A DNA stretch of 64,000 nucleotides from Myxococcota bacterium (GTDB taxonomy: Bacteria > Myxococcota_A > UBA9160 > UBA6930), in assembly GCA_965223705.1 (NCBI GenBank), contig OZ245015.1:2752001-2816000 (forward strand), read 5' to 3'. This document shows positions 40,151-49,669 of the stretch, one piece after another; the stretch's first letter is position 1; every line of letters starts with the position of its first letter. The notes beneath the pieces were generated by a model that had not been told where the DNA came from, searched no databases, and worked only from the letters and a program-made list of their open reading frames with translations. Made by a program: the position numbers and the translations under genes.

Positions 40151-40820
40151 CTCGCACGCCCACCCAGCACGCGTACAAGTCCGGACCGCCGGGAGGTCCG
40201 AATCCGCGTCGTGCGACGTACGCGATGCCGGCTTCCTCAAAGTGTGCCGCGTAGTCGTAGAGCGGATGCGCTTCGGCCAAGCCGAGCGCGCACCCCGCAG
40301 CCGCAATCGCCCTGTAGTGTGCGCGCCGAATGAAGCGCCCCGCGCCCTCTCCGGGTTCGGCGAAATCCGCGACGAAGAACCGCCCACCCGGCTTCAGCCG
40401 AACGGCAAGTGCGCCGAGGGCGTCGCGCATGGCGCGCTCGGCATAGAGGTTGAGGAAGAAGTGCGCGGCGACCGCATCAAACGGTTCGCCGTCCTGGAAG
40501 TCTTCGATGTTTGTCACCAGGAGCCGCGCCTCGACTCCGGCGGCGGCGCAGCGTCGCCGCGCCCGTTCGATGGAAGAAGCGACCGGGTCGACGCCTACAA
40601 CCGACGCGCCTCTCCCCGCTGCCGCCGCCAGCTCTTCCCCCGCCCCAACGCCGGGATACAAGACCCGGTGGCCCGGCTCGAGAAAACGGGTGTGAAAGGC
40701 CTTGGTGCGCCCGACGAGTCCCGCCGAAGCGGTTCGGGCCGCGAGCTCGTAGGCGCCGCCGAGCCTTCGGTATGCCCGCGCAAACTCCGGCGAGCGCAAC
40801 GCTTTTCGCTTTTGACACAC
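40146..40820 (-). CDS. Class I SAM-dependent methyltransferase
   Basis: VLYPGVGAG motif I, VVGVD, FDAVAAHFFL, LKPGGRF; start uncertain. Confidence 0.75.
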   Translation of the reverse strand: MCQKRKALRSPEFARAYRRLGGAYELAARTASAGLVGRTKAFHTRFLEPGHRVLYPGVGAGEELAAAAGRGASVVGVDPVASSIERARRRCAAAGVEARLLVTNIEDFQDGEPFDAVAAHFFLNLYAERAMRDALGALAVRLKPGGRFFVADFAEPGEGAGRFIRRAHYRAIAAAGCALGLAEAHPLYDYAAHFEEAGIAYVARRGFGPPGGPDLYACWVGVRA

Positions 40821-40852
40821 AGCCGGGCTGACGATAGCTTTGGCACCACCGT

Positions 40853-40928
40853 GGGGCCGTAGCTCAGCTGGGAGAGCATCAGGCTGGCAGTCTGAGGGTC
40901 GTCGGTTCGATCCCGACCGGCTCCACCA
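40853..40928 (+). tRNA. tRNA-Ala (anticodon GGC)
   Basis: GGGGCCGTAGCTCAGCTGGGAGAGCATCAGG-CTGGCAG-TCTGA...GGTTCGATCC...CGGCTCCACCA, with G3:U70. Confidence 0.96.
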
Positions 40929-42110
40929 CTACCCCCAAAGCGTCTCGCTCGCGAGCTCCGCGCCGTCCGCCAGCGCCTTGAGCTTTGCCCACGCGACGTC
41001 CTCCGCGACCATCACATAGCCAGCGAAGGTCGAGAAGCCGCAGTCAGTGCTCGCGACGACGCGCTCCCGGTCGCCGATGATGTCGACGAATTCGAGGATC
41101 CGCTTCGCGACGGTGCCGGGATGCTCGAGGTAGTTGTACGTCACGTCGATGCAGCCCGGATAGAGCACCCAATCTTGGGGCGGCGGCATCTTGCGAAACA
41201 GATCGATTTCGTGCGCGTGGCGCGGGTTCGCACAAGCCAGCGAAAAACCGCCGACCTTCGCCTTGTAAAGCGACGGCAGCAGGGGCTCGAGGTCGATGTC
41301 GTCGCAGTGCGGCCCTTCCCAATTGCCCCAACACAAGTGGAGCCGCGTTTTCTCGGGCGGGATATCGGCGATCGCCCGGTTCATCGCCTCGATGTGGAGG
41401 TCGACGCGCTCGAGGAACTCCTTCTCACTGCGGTCCCGATACATGATCTGCCATTCGAGACCGAGATCCGGCGCATCGAGTTGGAGCATGTGTCCGCGCG
41501 AAACGATGAGCTCGTATTCCTTCTTGAGCTCGTCCGCGAGCGCCATGACGTAGTCCGCGTCTGTCTTGTAGTGCGCGTGATCCGGATGGCGAAAAAGCGT
41601 CGTCGACACGATGCCCGGCGTCGCCGCGGTGACAAACGTCTCTTCCGGCTTCGCCCCGGTGGCGCGCAGCGCACGATCGAAGAGATCGAGCTCCTCGCGT
41701 GCCTGGGTGTCGTCGTAAACGACGGCATCGATGCACTGCGGCATCTTCCACGTCGTAGCGGACTCCGTGATCGTGTCGATGCCCGCGCGCTTCGCCATAA
41801 ATGCGGCGAACTTCGGGAACTTCTCGAAATCCGTCACCGTGCCCCGGTCGGAAAACCCGCCGTAGCCGCTCAAACGATCCTTCGCGTAAATCGAAAAACC
41901 GAGCCGCGGCATCTCCCCGTCCCCGATGCTGTCGACGCGACACGCCATCTGCTGGGAAATCGCCGCTTCGATCTCAGCCTGCACTTTCGCTTGAAACGTT
42001 TCGCGGTCCACGTCTTCGCCCTTTTCGAGCGCGGTAATCATGGCCAGCAAGTCGTCGGAGCGCGGCAGGCTCCCGACGTGGGTGGTCTTGATGCGTTCGA
42101 GACTGCGCAT
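40929..42110 (-). CDS. Cobalamin-independent methionine synthase II-like (MetE C-terminal domain) protein
   Basis: TTHVGSLPR, GDGE, LQLDAPDL, HLCWGN, NPRH, TDCGF, WAKL. Confidence 0.85.
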   Translation of the reverse strand: MRSLERIKTTHVGSLPRSDDLLAMITALEKGEDVDRETFQAKVQAEIEAAISQQMACRVDSIGDGEMPRLGFSIYAKDRLSGYGGFSDRGTVTDFEKFPKFAAFMAKRAGIDTITESATTWKMPQCIDAVVYDDTQAREELDLFDRALRATGAKPEETFVTAATPGIVSTTLFRHPDHAHYKTDADYVMALADELKKEYELIVSRGHMLQLDAPDLGLEWQIMYRDRSEKEFLERVDLHIEAMNRAIADIPPEKTRLHLCWGNWEGPHCDDIDLEPLLPSLYKAKVGGFSLACANPRHAHEIDLFRKMPPPQDWVLYPGCIDVTYNYLEHPGTVAKRILEFVDIIGDRERVVASTDCGFSTFAGYVMVAEDVAWAKLKALADGAELASETLWG

Positions 42111-42186
42111 GGATACACTCCTGTTCCGACGGACGACCGCCGCGGAGCATACCAGTCGGCAGCGCCGTGAATCAAAGGAGACAGCC

Positions 42187-42762
42187 GTGAAGACGATCCA
42201 TGTTTCCCAAGATGAGATGGCGACTCGCATCTCGCGATTCGACGCGTTGAAGCCGCTTCCCAGTGCCGAAGGACTCGACCTCCCGCTCGCGGCAAAGGAT
42301 GTTATCTACTCTCGCAAACTGATGTCGGTCATCGGCCTCGGCGAAGCCGGCAACACGCCGATCAATCAGGGCGCTCCGATCCAAGGCGCCGCGGGCATGA
42401 CGATGACCTTCGCGGAATGCCCGCCCGGCACCGGCCCTTCCCTGCACGCGCACTTATCGACCTACGAAACGTTTACCGTGTTGCGGAGTCGGTTCGAGTT
42501 CCGCTGGAACGACGACGGCGCCGAATCCGCGGTGCTTGCGCCGCTCGATACGATCTCGATTCCGCCGGGCGTCTGCCGAGCATTCCGCAACGTCGGCGAC
42601 GAAACAGGCCTCGTACAAGTATTGGTGACGGGCGGCGTGCACGACATGAACGACATCGACTTCCCCGAGGCGACCGCGAGCGAGCTCGCCGCCTTTGGGC
42701 CCGGCGCCGTCGACGCATTCAAGGAAATGGGATTCACGTTTACGGCGGGTCGCGACGAATGA
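42187..42762 (+). CDS. Cupin domain protein
   Basis: PPGTGPSLHAH..YETF and ISIPPGVCRAFRN cupin motifs; AAGGAG RBS. Confidence 0.8.
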   Translation: MKTIHVSQDEMATRISRFDALKPLPSAEGLDLPLAAKDVIYSRKLMSVIGLGEAGNTPINQGAPIQGAAGMTMTFAECPPGTGPSLHAHLSTYETFTVLRSRFEFRWNDDGAESAVLAPLDTISIPPGVCRAFRNVGDETGLVQVLVTGGVHDMNDIDFPEATASELAAFGPGAVDAFKEMGFTFTAGRDE

Positions 42763-43502
42763 CGAGAGGTCACGTGCTGCTCACCGGCGCCCTCGGCGGG
42801 CTGGGAACCGCAATCGCGACAGGCCTCATCGCGCACGACCACCGGATCGTGGCGTGCGATCGTCGCAGCGGCGATTTCGAGCCGTGGCTCGAGCAGTTTT
42901 CGAAGGAAGAGCGAAAAGCCATCTCGTTCCATGCCCTCGACGTGCGCGATCTCGCGCAGGCGGATGCGCTGCGCGATCAACTTGAAGCCGACGGCACGCA
43001 CGTCGCGTACCTGGTGAACAACGCCGGGATCGCTGCGGTGGGAAAGCCCTGGGAAATGGAGCCCAAGGTGTTCGACCGTGTCGTCCAGGTGAACCTCTAC
43101 GGCACCTACAACCTGACGCGCACGTTTTGCGGTGCGATGCGCGACAAGGGTTTCGGACGCATCGTAAACTTCGCATCGCTAGCGGCCGTCGCGAGCGCTT
43201 CGGGGATGGCCTCGTACTCCGCCGCGAAAGCCGGGATCATCGGCTACACCCACTCCATTGCGCTCGATCTAGCGCCTCACGGAGTCACCGCGAACACCAT
43301 TGCGCCGGGCATTATTTGGCACGAGCGCCTCGAGCCGACGTTTACCGAAGAAGAGCGGCGCGCCATGCGTCGAGGGAACCCGATGCAACGCGAAGGCGAG
43401 CCCCGAGAGATCGCCGAGACCGTCGCGTTCCTCCTGTCCGAGGGCGCATCGTTCATCACGGGCCAGACGCTGCACGTGAACGGCGGCGCCTACCTCACCT
43501 AG
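42759..43502 (+). CDS. Short-chain dehydrogenase/reductase
   Basis: TGALGGLG, NNAG, YSAAK, PG, ITGQTLHVNGG. Confidence 0.9.
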   Translation: MTRGHVLLTGALGGLGTAIATGLIAHDHRIVACDRRSGDFEPWLEQFSKEERKAISFHALDVRDLAQADALRDQLEADGTHVAYLVNNAGIAAVGKPWEMEPKVFDRVVQVNLYGTYNLTRTFCGAMRDKGFGRIVNFASLAAVASASGMASYSAAKAGIIGYTHSIALDLAPHGVTANTIAPGIIWHERLEPTFTEEERRAMRRGNPMQREGEPREIAETVAFLLSEGASFITGQTLHVNGGAYLT

Positions 43503-43508
43503 CCGCCG

Positions 43509-44660
43509 CTAGGACTCGGCGCGCAGGGAATGCACGGTGCCGCCGCTCGTATCGGAAAGCGGCACCGTTTCCACGACTTCGAGATCGAAACCCTCGAGGC
43601 CGACGATACGCCGGGGGCGATTCGTGAGCAGGCGCATCTTCCGAATACCGAGATCGCCGAGGATCTGCGCGCCGATGCCGTAGTCGCGCAAGCGATCTGC
43701 GTCGCCTCGGGGCGGCAGGGGCGATTCGGTTCCGCCTTCCGCCATGCGCTTCAGCACGTCGCCGATGGTCTCCGGTTGGTTCTGACCGATACACACGATC
43801 GCGCCGCGACCGGCCTCCTCGATCATCCGCATCGGCTGAGCGAGCGCGCTCTCCCTTCCGAGATACATGTTGAGCGCCTCGACCGAAAGGTTCGCCGCTT
43901 GCATGCGAACGAGCACCGGCTCCCCATCGGCGACGTCGCCCTTCACGAGCACGTTGTGCTCCGCACTGTCGAGCTCGTTGCGGTAGATGATCCCGTGGAA
44001 ACGGCCGTAGCGGTAGTCTAGATCGATCTCGACGTGTCGCCGGACGAGGATTTCTTTCGAGCGGCGGAACGCGATGAGGTCCGCGATCGAAGCGATCTTG
44101 AGGCCGAACCGTTCCGCGATGCGGTCAAGGTCCGGGCGTCGCGCCATCGTGCCGTCGTCGTTCAAGATCTCGCAGATCACGCCCGCCGGGCGAAGACCGG
44201 CAAGCCTGGCCAGGTCGGCCGACCCCTCGGTGTGACCGGCGCGCACCATGACCCCGCCGCGACGTGCGATCAGCGGGAAGACGTGGCCCGGTCGACGCAG
44301 ATCAGCCGCGGTTTTCTCGGGATCGATCGCCGTTCGAATCGTCGTCGCCCGATCTTGCGCGCTGATGCCAGTCGTGACGCCCTCGCGCGCTTCGATCGAA
44401 ACGGTGAAGGCCGTTTGGTACTGCGTCGTGTTGTGCTCGACCATGAAGGGGAGCTTGAGCTCGCTCGCGCGTTCCTCGGTCAGCGTGAGGCAGATCAACC
44501 CCCGTCCGTGCGTCGCCATGAAGTTCACCCACTCAGGGGTGATCTTCTCGGCGGCTACGACGAGATCTCCTTCGTTTTCTCGGTCCTCGTCATCGACGAG
44601 GATGATGGCGCGGCCCCGTCGGATCTCGTCAATCGCTTCACTGATCGTCGCTAGTCCCAT
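43509..44660 (-). CDS. ribB: 3,4-dihydroxy-2-butanone-4-phosphate synthase fused to a degenerate GTP cyclohydrolase II-like domain (RibBX type)
   Basis: [29 protein letters not shown]; the C-terminal domain keeps [10 protein letters not shown] and LLTN but lacks the zinc-binding Cys motif. Confidence 0.9.
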   Translation of the reverse strand: MGLATISEAIDEIRRGRAIILVDDEDRENEGDLVVAAEKITPEWVNFMATHGRGLICLTLTEERASELKLPFMVEHNTTQYQTAFTVSIEAREGVTTGISAQDRATTIRTAIDPEKTAADLRRPGHVFPLIARRGGVMVRAGHTEGSADLARLAGLRPAGVICEILNDDGTMARRPDLDRIAERFGLKIASIADLIAFRRSKEILVRRHVEIDLDYRYGRFHGIIYRNELDSAEHNVLVKGDVADGEPVLVRMQAANLSVEALNMYLGRESALAQPMRMIEEAGRGAIVCIGQNQPETIGDVLKRMAEGGTESPLPPRGDADRLRDYGIGAQILGDLGIRKMRLLTNRPRRIVGLEGFDLEVVETVPLSDTSGGTVHSLRAES

Positions 44661-44771
44661 GACTCTCCTCGCCTCCCGCGAGGATCGCTCAAAACGGCCC
44701 CGCACGCGAAAAAGCTTCGCGTCTCGAGTGAACGACTTCGGCACGAGCCCCCTGCGGCCGATACGCCACGC

Positions 44772-45248
44772 ATGGGTCGTCCCTCCGCGTTCCTCGTCGG
44801 TTGCCTGATCCTCACCTTGTCGGGCTGCGCAGGTTCTGCGGGCCCTGAACCAAGCTCGGGAGAGGCCCGGTTTCTCTGGCCCGTCGAGGGCCGCATCTCC
44901 TCGGTTTTCGGAGCGCGCCGGGGATCCCGCAAGCACCTCGGGATCGATATTCGCGCCTCCGCCGGCACGCCGATCCGGGCGGCGGCGGCGGGGCGTGTCG
45001 TTCGAAGCGGGACGATGCGCGGCTACGGCCACGTGGTGATCCTCGAACACCCGGAAGGGTTCGAGACCCGCTACGCCCACAACCGACGAAACCGCGTTCG
45101 GGAGGGGCAGCGAGTCGAGGCCGGTGAGGTCGTCGCCACCGTAGGACGGACGGGGAATGCGACCGCGCCGCACGTCCATTTCGAAATCCGCCGACGAGGG
45201 GTGCCACAAGATCCTATCCAGTGGCTCCCCGGTCGAGGCGCCCGGTAG
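44772..45248 (+). CDS. M23 family metallopeptidase lipoprotein
   Basis: Lipobox LSGC; HLGID, YAHN, HVHFE. Confidence 0.88.
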   Translation: MGRPSAFLVGCLILTLSGCAGSAGPEPSSGEARFLWPVEGRISSVFGARRGSRKHLGIDIRASAGTPIRAAAAGRVVRSGTMRGYGHVVILEHPEGFETRYAHNRRNRVREGQRVEAGEVVATVGRTGNATAPHVHFEIRRRGVPQDPIQWLPGRGAR

Positions 45249-45289
45249 TACACTGCAGAGGTGTACGACCGAAGGACGAGCGCCCGCCG

Positions 45290-46459
45290 ATGAGCCTCCG
45301 CGGCGGTACGGCGATTGTCGGAATCGCAGATACGGACGTCGGTAAACGGCCGGACCGATCCGCGGCGCAGCTTTGCGTCGAAGCGATCCTCGCAGCGGTT
45401 TCCGATGCGGGCATCGCGGTCGACGCCGTCGATGGACTCATCACGTGCAATTCGATGGTCCAGCCCGTCCTCTATCACGCGGAGCTCATCGCCGAATCGC
45501 TCCGCATCGAGCCCCGCATGTGTCTCACCGTGAATACGGGAGGCGGGACCACCGTGGCATCCATCGCGCACGCCGCGGCAGCGATTCAAGCCGGCATGTG
45601 CGAGTGCGTCGTGATCGCAAAAGCCGAGAACATGGCGACCGGGCTCTCAAAAGACCGCGCGCTGGCGACGATGGCGAGCGCAGGTCATGCACAATTCGAA
45701 CAACCTTACGGCCCCCCCGTACCCGCGCTCTACGCGTTTCTGGCCCGAGCTCACATGGAGGCCTACGGGACGACGCCTGAGCAATTGGCCCGCGTTGCGG
45801 TCTCCGCGCGGGGGCACGCGTCTCTCCACCCGGGCGCACAAATGAGGGAACCGATCACCGTCGAGGACGTGCTCGCGTCGCGCGTGATCGCCGATCCGCT
45901 TCACTTGCTCGATTGCTCGCTCGTCTCTGACGGCGGCGCCGCCCTGGTGATGACGTCGGCCGAACGGGCGACCTCGTTCCGCCCCGAGCCCGCATACATC
46001 CTGGGCGCCGGCGAGGGGCATCGGCACGAGCACGTGAGCCAAGCGCGGTCCTTCACGGAGAGCGGCGCCGTCGAATCCGGGAAACGGGCCTTCGAGATGG
46101 CGGGCCTCCGTCCGGGAGACGTCGATGTCGCGGGTCTCTACGATTGCTTCACGCCGGTGGTCCTCATCGAACTCGAAGACCTCGGGTTTTGCGCGAAAGG
46201 AGAAGCCGGCGCCTTCGTCGAAGCGGGCGAAATCGATCTCGGCGGGAGCTTGCCGGTGAACACCCACGGCGGACTCCTCTCGCATGCGCACCCCGGCAAC
46301 CCGGGTTCGATGTTTCACGTGACCGAGGTCGTGAAACAGCTGCGGCGCGAAGCGGGAGAACGTCAAGTTCAGGACGCAACGATCGGCCTGGCCCATCTGC
46401 AAGGCGGGATCCTCTCGAGCCACGGCACGCTGCTTCTCGGTCGAGAGGAGTCGCTGTGA
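45290..46459 (+). CDS. SCP-x/Ltp2-type thiolase-fold protein
   Basis: AIVGI, HASLHP, LDCSLVSDGGAA, YDCFT, VNTHGGLLSHAHPG; GGG in place of the usual nucleophilic Cys. Confidence 0.85.
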   Translation: MSLRGGTAIVGIADTDVGKRPDRSAAQLCVEAILAAVSDAGIAVDAVDGLITCNSMVQPVLYHAELIAESLRIEPRMCLTVNTGGGTTVASIAHAAAAIQAGMCECVVIAKAENMATGLSKDRALATMASAGHAQFEQPYGPPVPALYAFLARAHMEAYGTTPEQLARVAVSARGHASLHPGAQMREPITVEDVLASRVIADPLHLLDCSLVSDGGAALVMTSAERATSFRPEPAYILGAGEGHRHEHVSQARSFTESGAVESGKRAFEMAGLRPGDVDVAGLYDCFTPVVLIELEDLGFCAKGEAGAFVEAGEIDLGGSLPVNTHGGLLSHAHPGNPGSMFHVTEVVKQLRREAGERQVQDATIGLAHLQGGILSSHGTLLLGREESL

Positions 46460-46860
46460 GCGAAACGCTGCCGAAGCCGATTCCGGAACCGACGCCCGAG
46501 ACCGCCCCGTTCTGGGAGGGATGCGCGGCGAACGAGCTGCGTCTTCCCATGTGTGATGACTGCGGCGCCGCGACGTTTTTTCCGAGCCTCGCTTGCCAGC
46601 GCTGCCATGGGACCGCGCTCACCTGGAAGCCCGCCTCGGGCCGCGGCGAGGTCCTCACCTACACGGTCGTCGAGCGCGCCATGGGAGCGTTCGCGGCCGA
46701 CGCGCCGTTTACCCTCGCGATCGTTCGACTCGAAGAAGGCCCGCAGCTGATGAGCCGCCTCATCGACGCGGATCGTTCGTCTCTGCGTGTCGGGATGCGC
46801 GTCAGCGTCGCGTTCGAGCCTCGGGGCGATCAGTCTCTCCCCGTGTTCCGCCCGGCGTAA
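46456..46860 (+). CDS. Zn-ribbon/OB-fold DUF35 protein
   Basis: TAPFWEG, CDDC...CQRC, SGRGEVLTYTVV, LEEGP; GTGA-coupled to the thiolase. Confidence 0.88.
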   Translation: MSETLPKPIPEPTPETAPFWEGCAANELRLPMCDDCGAATFFPSLACQRCHGTALTWKPASGRGEVLTYTVVERAMGAFAADAPFTLAIVRLEEGPQLMSRLIDADRSSLRVGMRVSVAFEPRGDQSLPVFRPA

Positions 46861-46892
46861 ACCGGGAGGCGCTGCCAGCCGATACGAGCGGC

Positions 46893-47138
46893 ATGACTCG
46901 AGTTGCCCGTCTTCTGGTCACCTGCCTTGCCGCAGCGATGTTCACCGGCTGTCTCCTGCCCAAGGGGCCCAAAGTGATCGTGGACCGACGCGGGGGCGAG
47001 TCCTGGTCCGGCGATGGCATTCTGGTCGATCGATCCGCTGACGGGAGTCAGTGTCGCGTCGCCATTCGGAGCGAGGCGCTCTTCGTCGAGCGGCGCTGGA
47101 TCCCCTGCAAGTACGTCCACGAATCGTTCACGCCCTAG
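46893..47138 (+). CDS. Small putative lipoprotein
   Basis: Signal peptide with FTGC lipobox; beta-rich mature region with two Cys. Confidence 0.55.
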   Translation: MTRVARLLVTCLAAAMFTGCLLPKGPKVIVDRRGGESWSGDGILVDRSADGSQCRVAIRSEALFVERRWIPCKYVHESFTP

Positions 47139-48232
47139 CGATCGCGCGGTGAAGCCACCTCGAGCGTAAGCCGCGGTGCGAGAGCGCGCGCCGCGAGTTC
47201 GACCGCGCGCGGCCCCCAGTGCGTGTCGTCACGCTGGTAGAGATACGGCTCCCGCGATGCGCGGAAGACCGGTCGCAGATCCATCACGGGGACACCGGCG
47301 CTCTGTGCGCCTTCGAGAAGTACGTCGAGAAAGCTCGGGTCCGCGAGAAACGCGCGCTCGCGCGGGTCGTAGAGCTCCGGGTAGATCGAACCGACTTCTG
47401 GGATCGGCGCGAAGACGAAACGCACCCCGGCTCCGGCCAGCACCGCGTGGAGCTGTGTCAGCATCGCGACGCACGCAGCGACACCCCGGACATGCGGTGG
47501 AACGAGGAGCCCCTGCTCCGCCAGGCTCAACGCCAATACCGTCTCACCGCCGGGCAGCGTGCGCGCGTAACGATGACCGCGACGCCGGAACTGGATGCCC
47601 TGCTGCACAAAGCGGAGCTCGCGCCGTAGCCGATTGCCTTCTTCAACCCGGCGAACAAGCGCCGCGAAGTCGTCACCGATCCCGGCAAGCCCGTTGGGTC
47701 GCCGCTGCTCGAGCCCCTTCACGAAGAGCGGTCGCGGGCGGATCGCCCTCGCAACCGGTGACCACACCACCACTTCCGGGGGTGACTCCGCAAAGCGCGC
47801 TTCTCGGAAGAACAATGCGGGCCCGTTCAGATACTGCGTCGCAAAGTTGTAGACCGGCTCACCGACCTCTTGCGACAGCCTCGCAGCGAGGGTTTCGTCG
47901 TCGGAGAGCCCCGCCCCCGCCGCGTAGGAATCGCCTATGACGACGTATCGCGGCGGCGCCGTCCGGTCGGGATTGCGGAAACCAAAGCGATCGACGGAAA
48001 ACGTCGTGGGCCGCGGATCCTGGAGTTCGCGCACCCATGACTTCCAGCCGAGATCGCCGACGACCTCCATCGCGACTCGCTGGTTCGGCTCAAACCGCCG
48101 GGTGTCCGGGTCGTACAGGTGCTCCCAAGCCCGAAACTCGGGGGCCTGCCACGGAAGCGAAACCGCGAACAACGCGAGCCACGCGGCCCCCCAAACCGCG
48201 AGAAAGCGCTTACTGTGCGAGTCGCCTTGCAC
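47135..48232 (-). CDS. AlgX/AlgJ-like SGNH O-acetyltransferase
   Basis: N-terminal TM, GFRN, VIGDSY, DTHW (DxH); downstream of an MBOAT gene; start inferred. Confidence 0.75.
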   Translation of the reverse strand: MQGDSHSKRFLAVWGAAWLALFAVSLPWQAPEFRAWEHLYDPDTRRFEPNQRVAMEVVGDLGWKSWVRELQDPRPTTFSVDRFGFRNPDRTAPPRYVVIGDSYAAGAGLSDDETLAARLSQEVGEPVYNFATQYLNGPALFFREARFAESPPEVVVWSPVARAIRPRPLFVKGLEQRRPNGLAGIGDDFAALVRRVEEGNRLRRELRFVQQGIQFRRRGHRYARTLPGGETVLALSLAEQGLLVPPHVRGVAACVAMLTQLHAVLAGAGVRFVFAPIPEVGSIYPELYDPRERAFLADPSFLDVLLEGAQSAGVPVMDLRPVFRASREPYLYQRDDTHWGPRAVELAARALAPRLTLEVASPRDR

Positions 48233-48234
48233 GG

Positions 48235-49599
48235 CTAGAACCTGAAGTACAGGAAGGGAGAGGGATCGATACGGCCGTAGCCCACCGCGATCGACACGAT
48301 GAGCAAACTCGCAGCGAGCGCGGCCTCGCGGAGCCTGGGCGCGTGCTGCGCGGTCCACTTCGGCGTGGGCGCCCAGACGAGTCCGAGAAACACCAGCACG
48401 CCGATCGCCGCGGGGAGCGAGAACGAGCCCGCGCCGGACAGCCCGATCATCGCGCGGAACCAAACGCCGGTGCCGGTGAACGTCTCGAGCTTGAACGGCG
48501 TCCACGCGACCACCACAGCAACAAAGACGAGAAGACGACGGATCACCAGCGGAGGCGTCGGAGCACCGAGGCGCCCGAGTGCGCGCTCGAGCACGAGAAA
48601 GACGCCGTGCAGTGCGCCCCACAGCACGAAGTTCCAGCTCGCGCCGTGCCACAGGCCACCGAGCAGCATGGTCGCCATCAAATTGATCTGTGTCCGGATC
48701 GGGCCTTTGCGGTTGCCACCGAGGGGGATGTAGAGGTAGTCGCGCAACCACTGCGACAAGGTGATGTGCCACCGGCGCCAGAAATCCGAGAACGATGTCG
48801 CGCGATACGGCGCGTTGAAGTTCTCGGGCAGTTCAAAACCGAACAGGCGCCCGAGGCCGATCGCCATGTCGGAATAGCCCGAAAAATCGAAGTAGATTTG
48901 CCCGGCGAAGAGGAGCATCGCGGCCCACGCATCGAACATCCCCGGGGTCGCGCTTGCGAAGAGGGGCGCCGCGAGTGCCGCCAGCGTGTCGGCGACAAGG
49001 AGCTTCTTCGCGAGCCCCACCGAAAAGGTGAAGAGCCCCCGCGCGAATCGCGACGCTTCGTGTTTCCTTTCTCTCAGCTGACCCTCGAGATGCGAGAAGC
49101 GAACGATCGGCCCTGCGATCAGCTGGGGGAACAGCGCGACGTAAGCGCCGAAATCGGTGATGCGGCGCACCGCGGAGACGTTGCCTCGGTAGAGATCGAT
49201 CGTGTAGCTCATCGATTGAAAGGTGTAGAACGAGATGCCGATCGGGAGCGCGATGTCGATCGCGGGAATTGGAGACCCCGAAAAAAGCGCGTTCGCGTTG
49301 GCTGTGAGAAAACCGCCGTACTTGAAGAACGCCAACAGTCCTAAATTGCAGACGATGGAAACCGTGAGCCAAAGCCGACGCACGCGCGGCTCGGTACACA
49401 CGGCGAGGCGGCGGCCGACCGCGTAGTCGACTCCGATCGACGCGAGCAAGAGCGGAAGGAACGACCAGCTCGAGGTCGCGTAGAACAGCAAGCTCGCGAG
49501 TAGGAGCCACGCGTTGCGCAGTCGTCCCGGCGCGAGGTAGTAGACCGCGAGCACGCAAGGAAGGAAGACAAATAGGAAGCTGTAATCGAAAAACAGCAC
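48235..49599 (-). CDS. MBOAT O-acyltransferase, AlgI-like
   Basis: LPIGISFYTFQ, FPQLIAGPI, DFSGYSDMA, ENFNAPY, FWRRWHITLS, GLWHGA. Confidence 0.93.
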   Translation of the reverse strand: MLFFDYSFLFVFLPCVLAVYYLAPGRLRNAWLLLASLLFYATSSWSFLPLLLASIGVDYAVGRRLAVCTEPRVRRLWLTVSIVCNLGLLAFFKYGGFLTANANALFSGSPIPAIDIALPIGISFYTFQSMSYTIDLYRGNVSAVRRITDFGAYVALFPQLIAGPIVRFSHLEGQLRERKHEASRFARGLFTFSVGLAKKLLVADTLAALAAPLFASATPGMFDAWAAMLLFAGQIYFDFSGYSDMAIGLGRLFGFELPENFNAPYRATSFSDFWRRWHITLSQWLRDYLYIPLGGNRKGPIRTQINLMATMLLGGLWHGASWNFVLWGALHGVFLVLERALGRLGAPTPPLVIRRLLVFVAVVVAWTPFKLETFTGTGVWFRAMIGLSGAGSFSLPAAIGVLVFLGLVWAPTPKWTAQHAPRLREAALAASLLIVSIAVGYGRIDPSPFLYFRF

Positions 49600-49669
49600 T
49601 GTCTGGGCAATCGGTCGCTGCCGTTGGACGCTTGACCACCGATGGCTCACGGCGGGTTACACTGATGCG

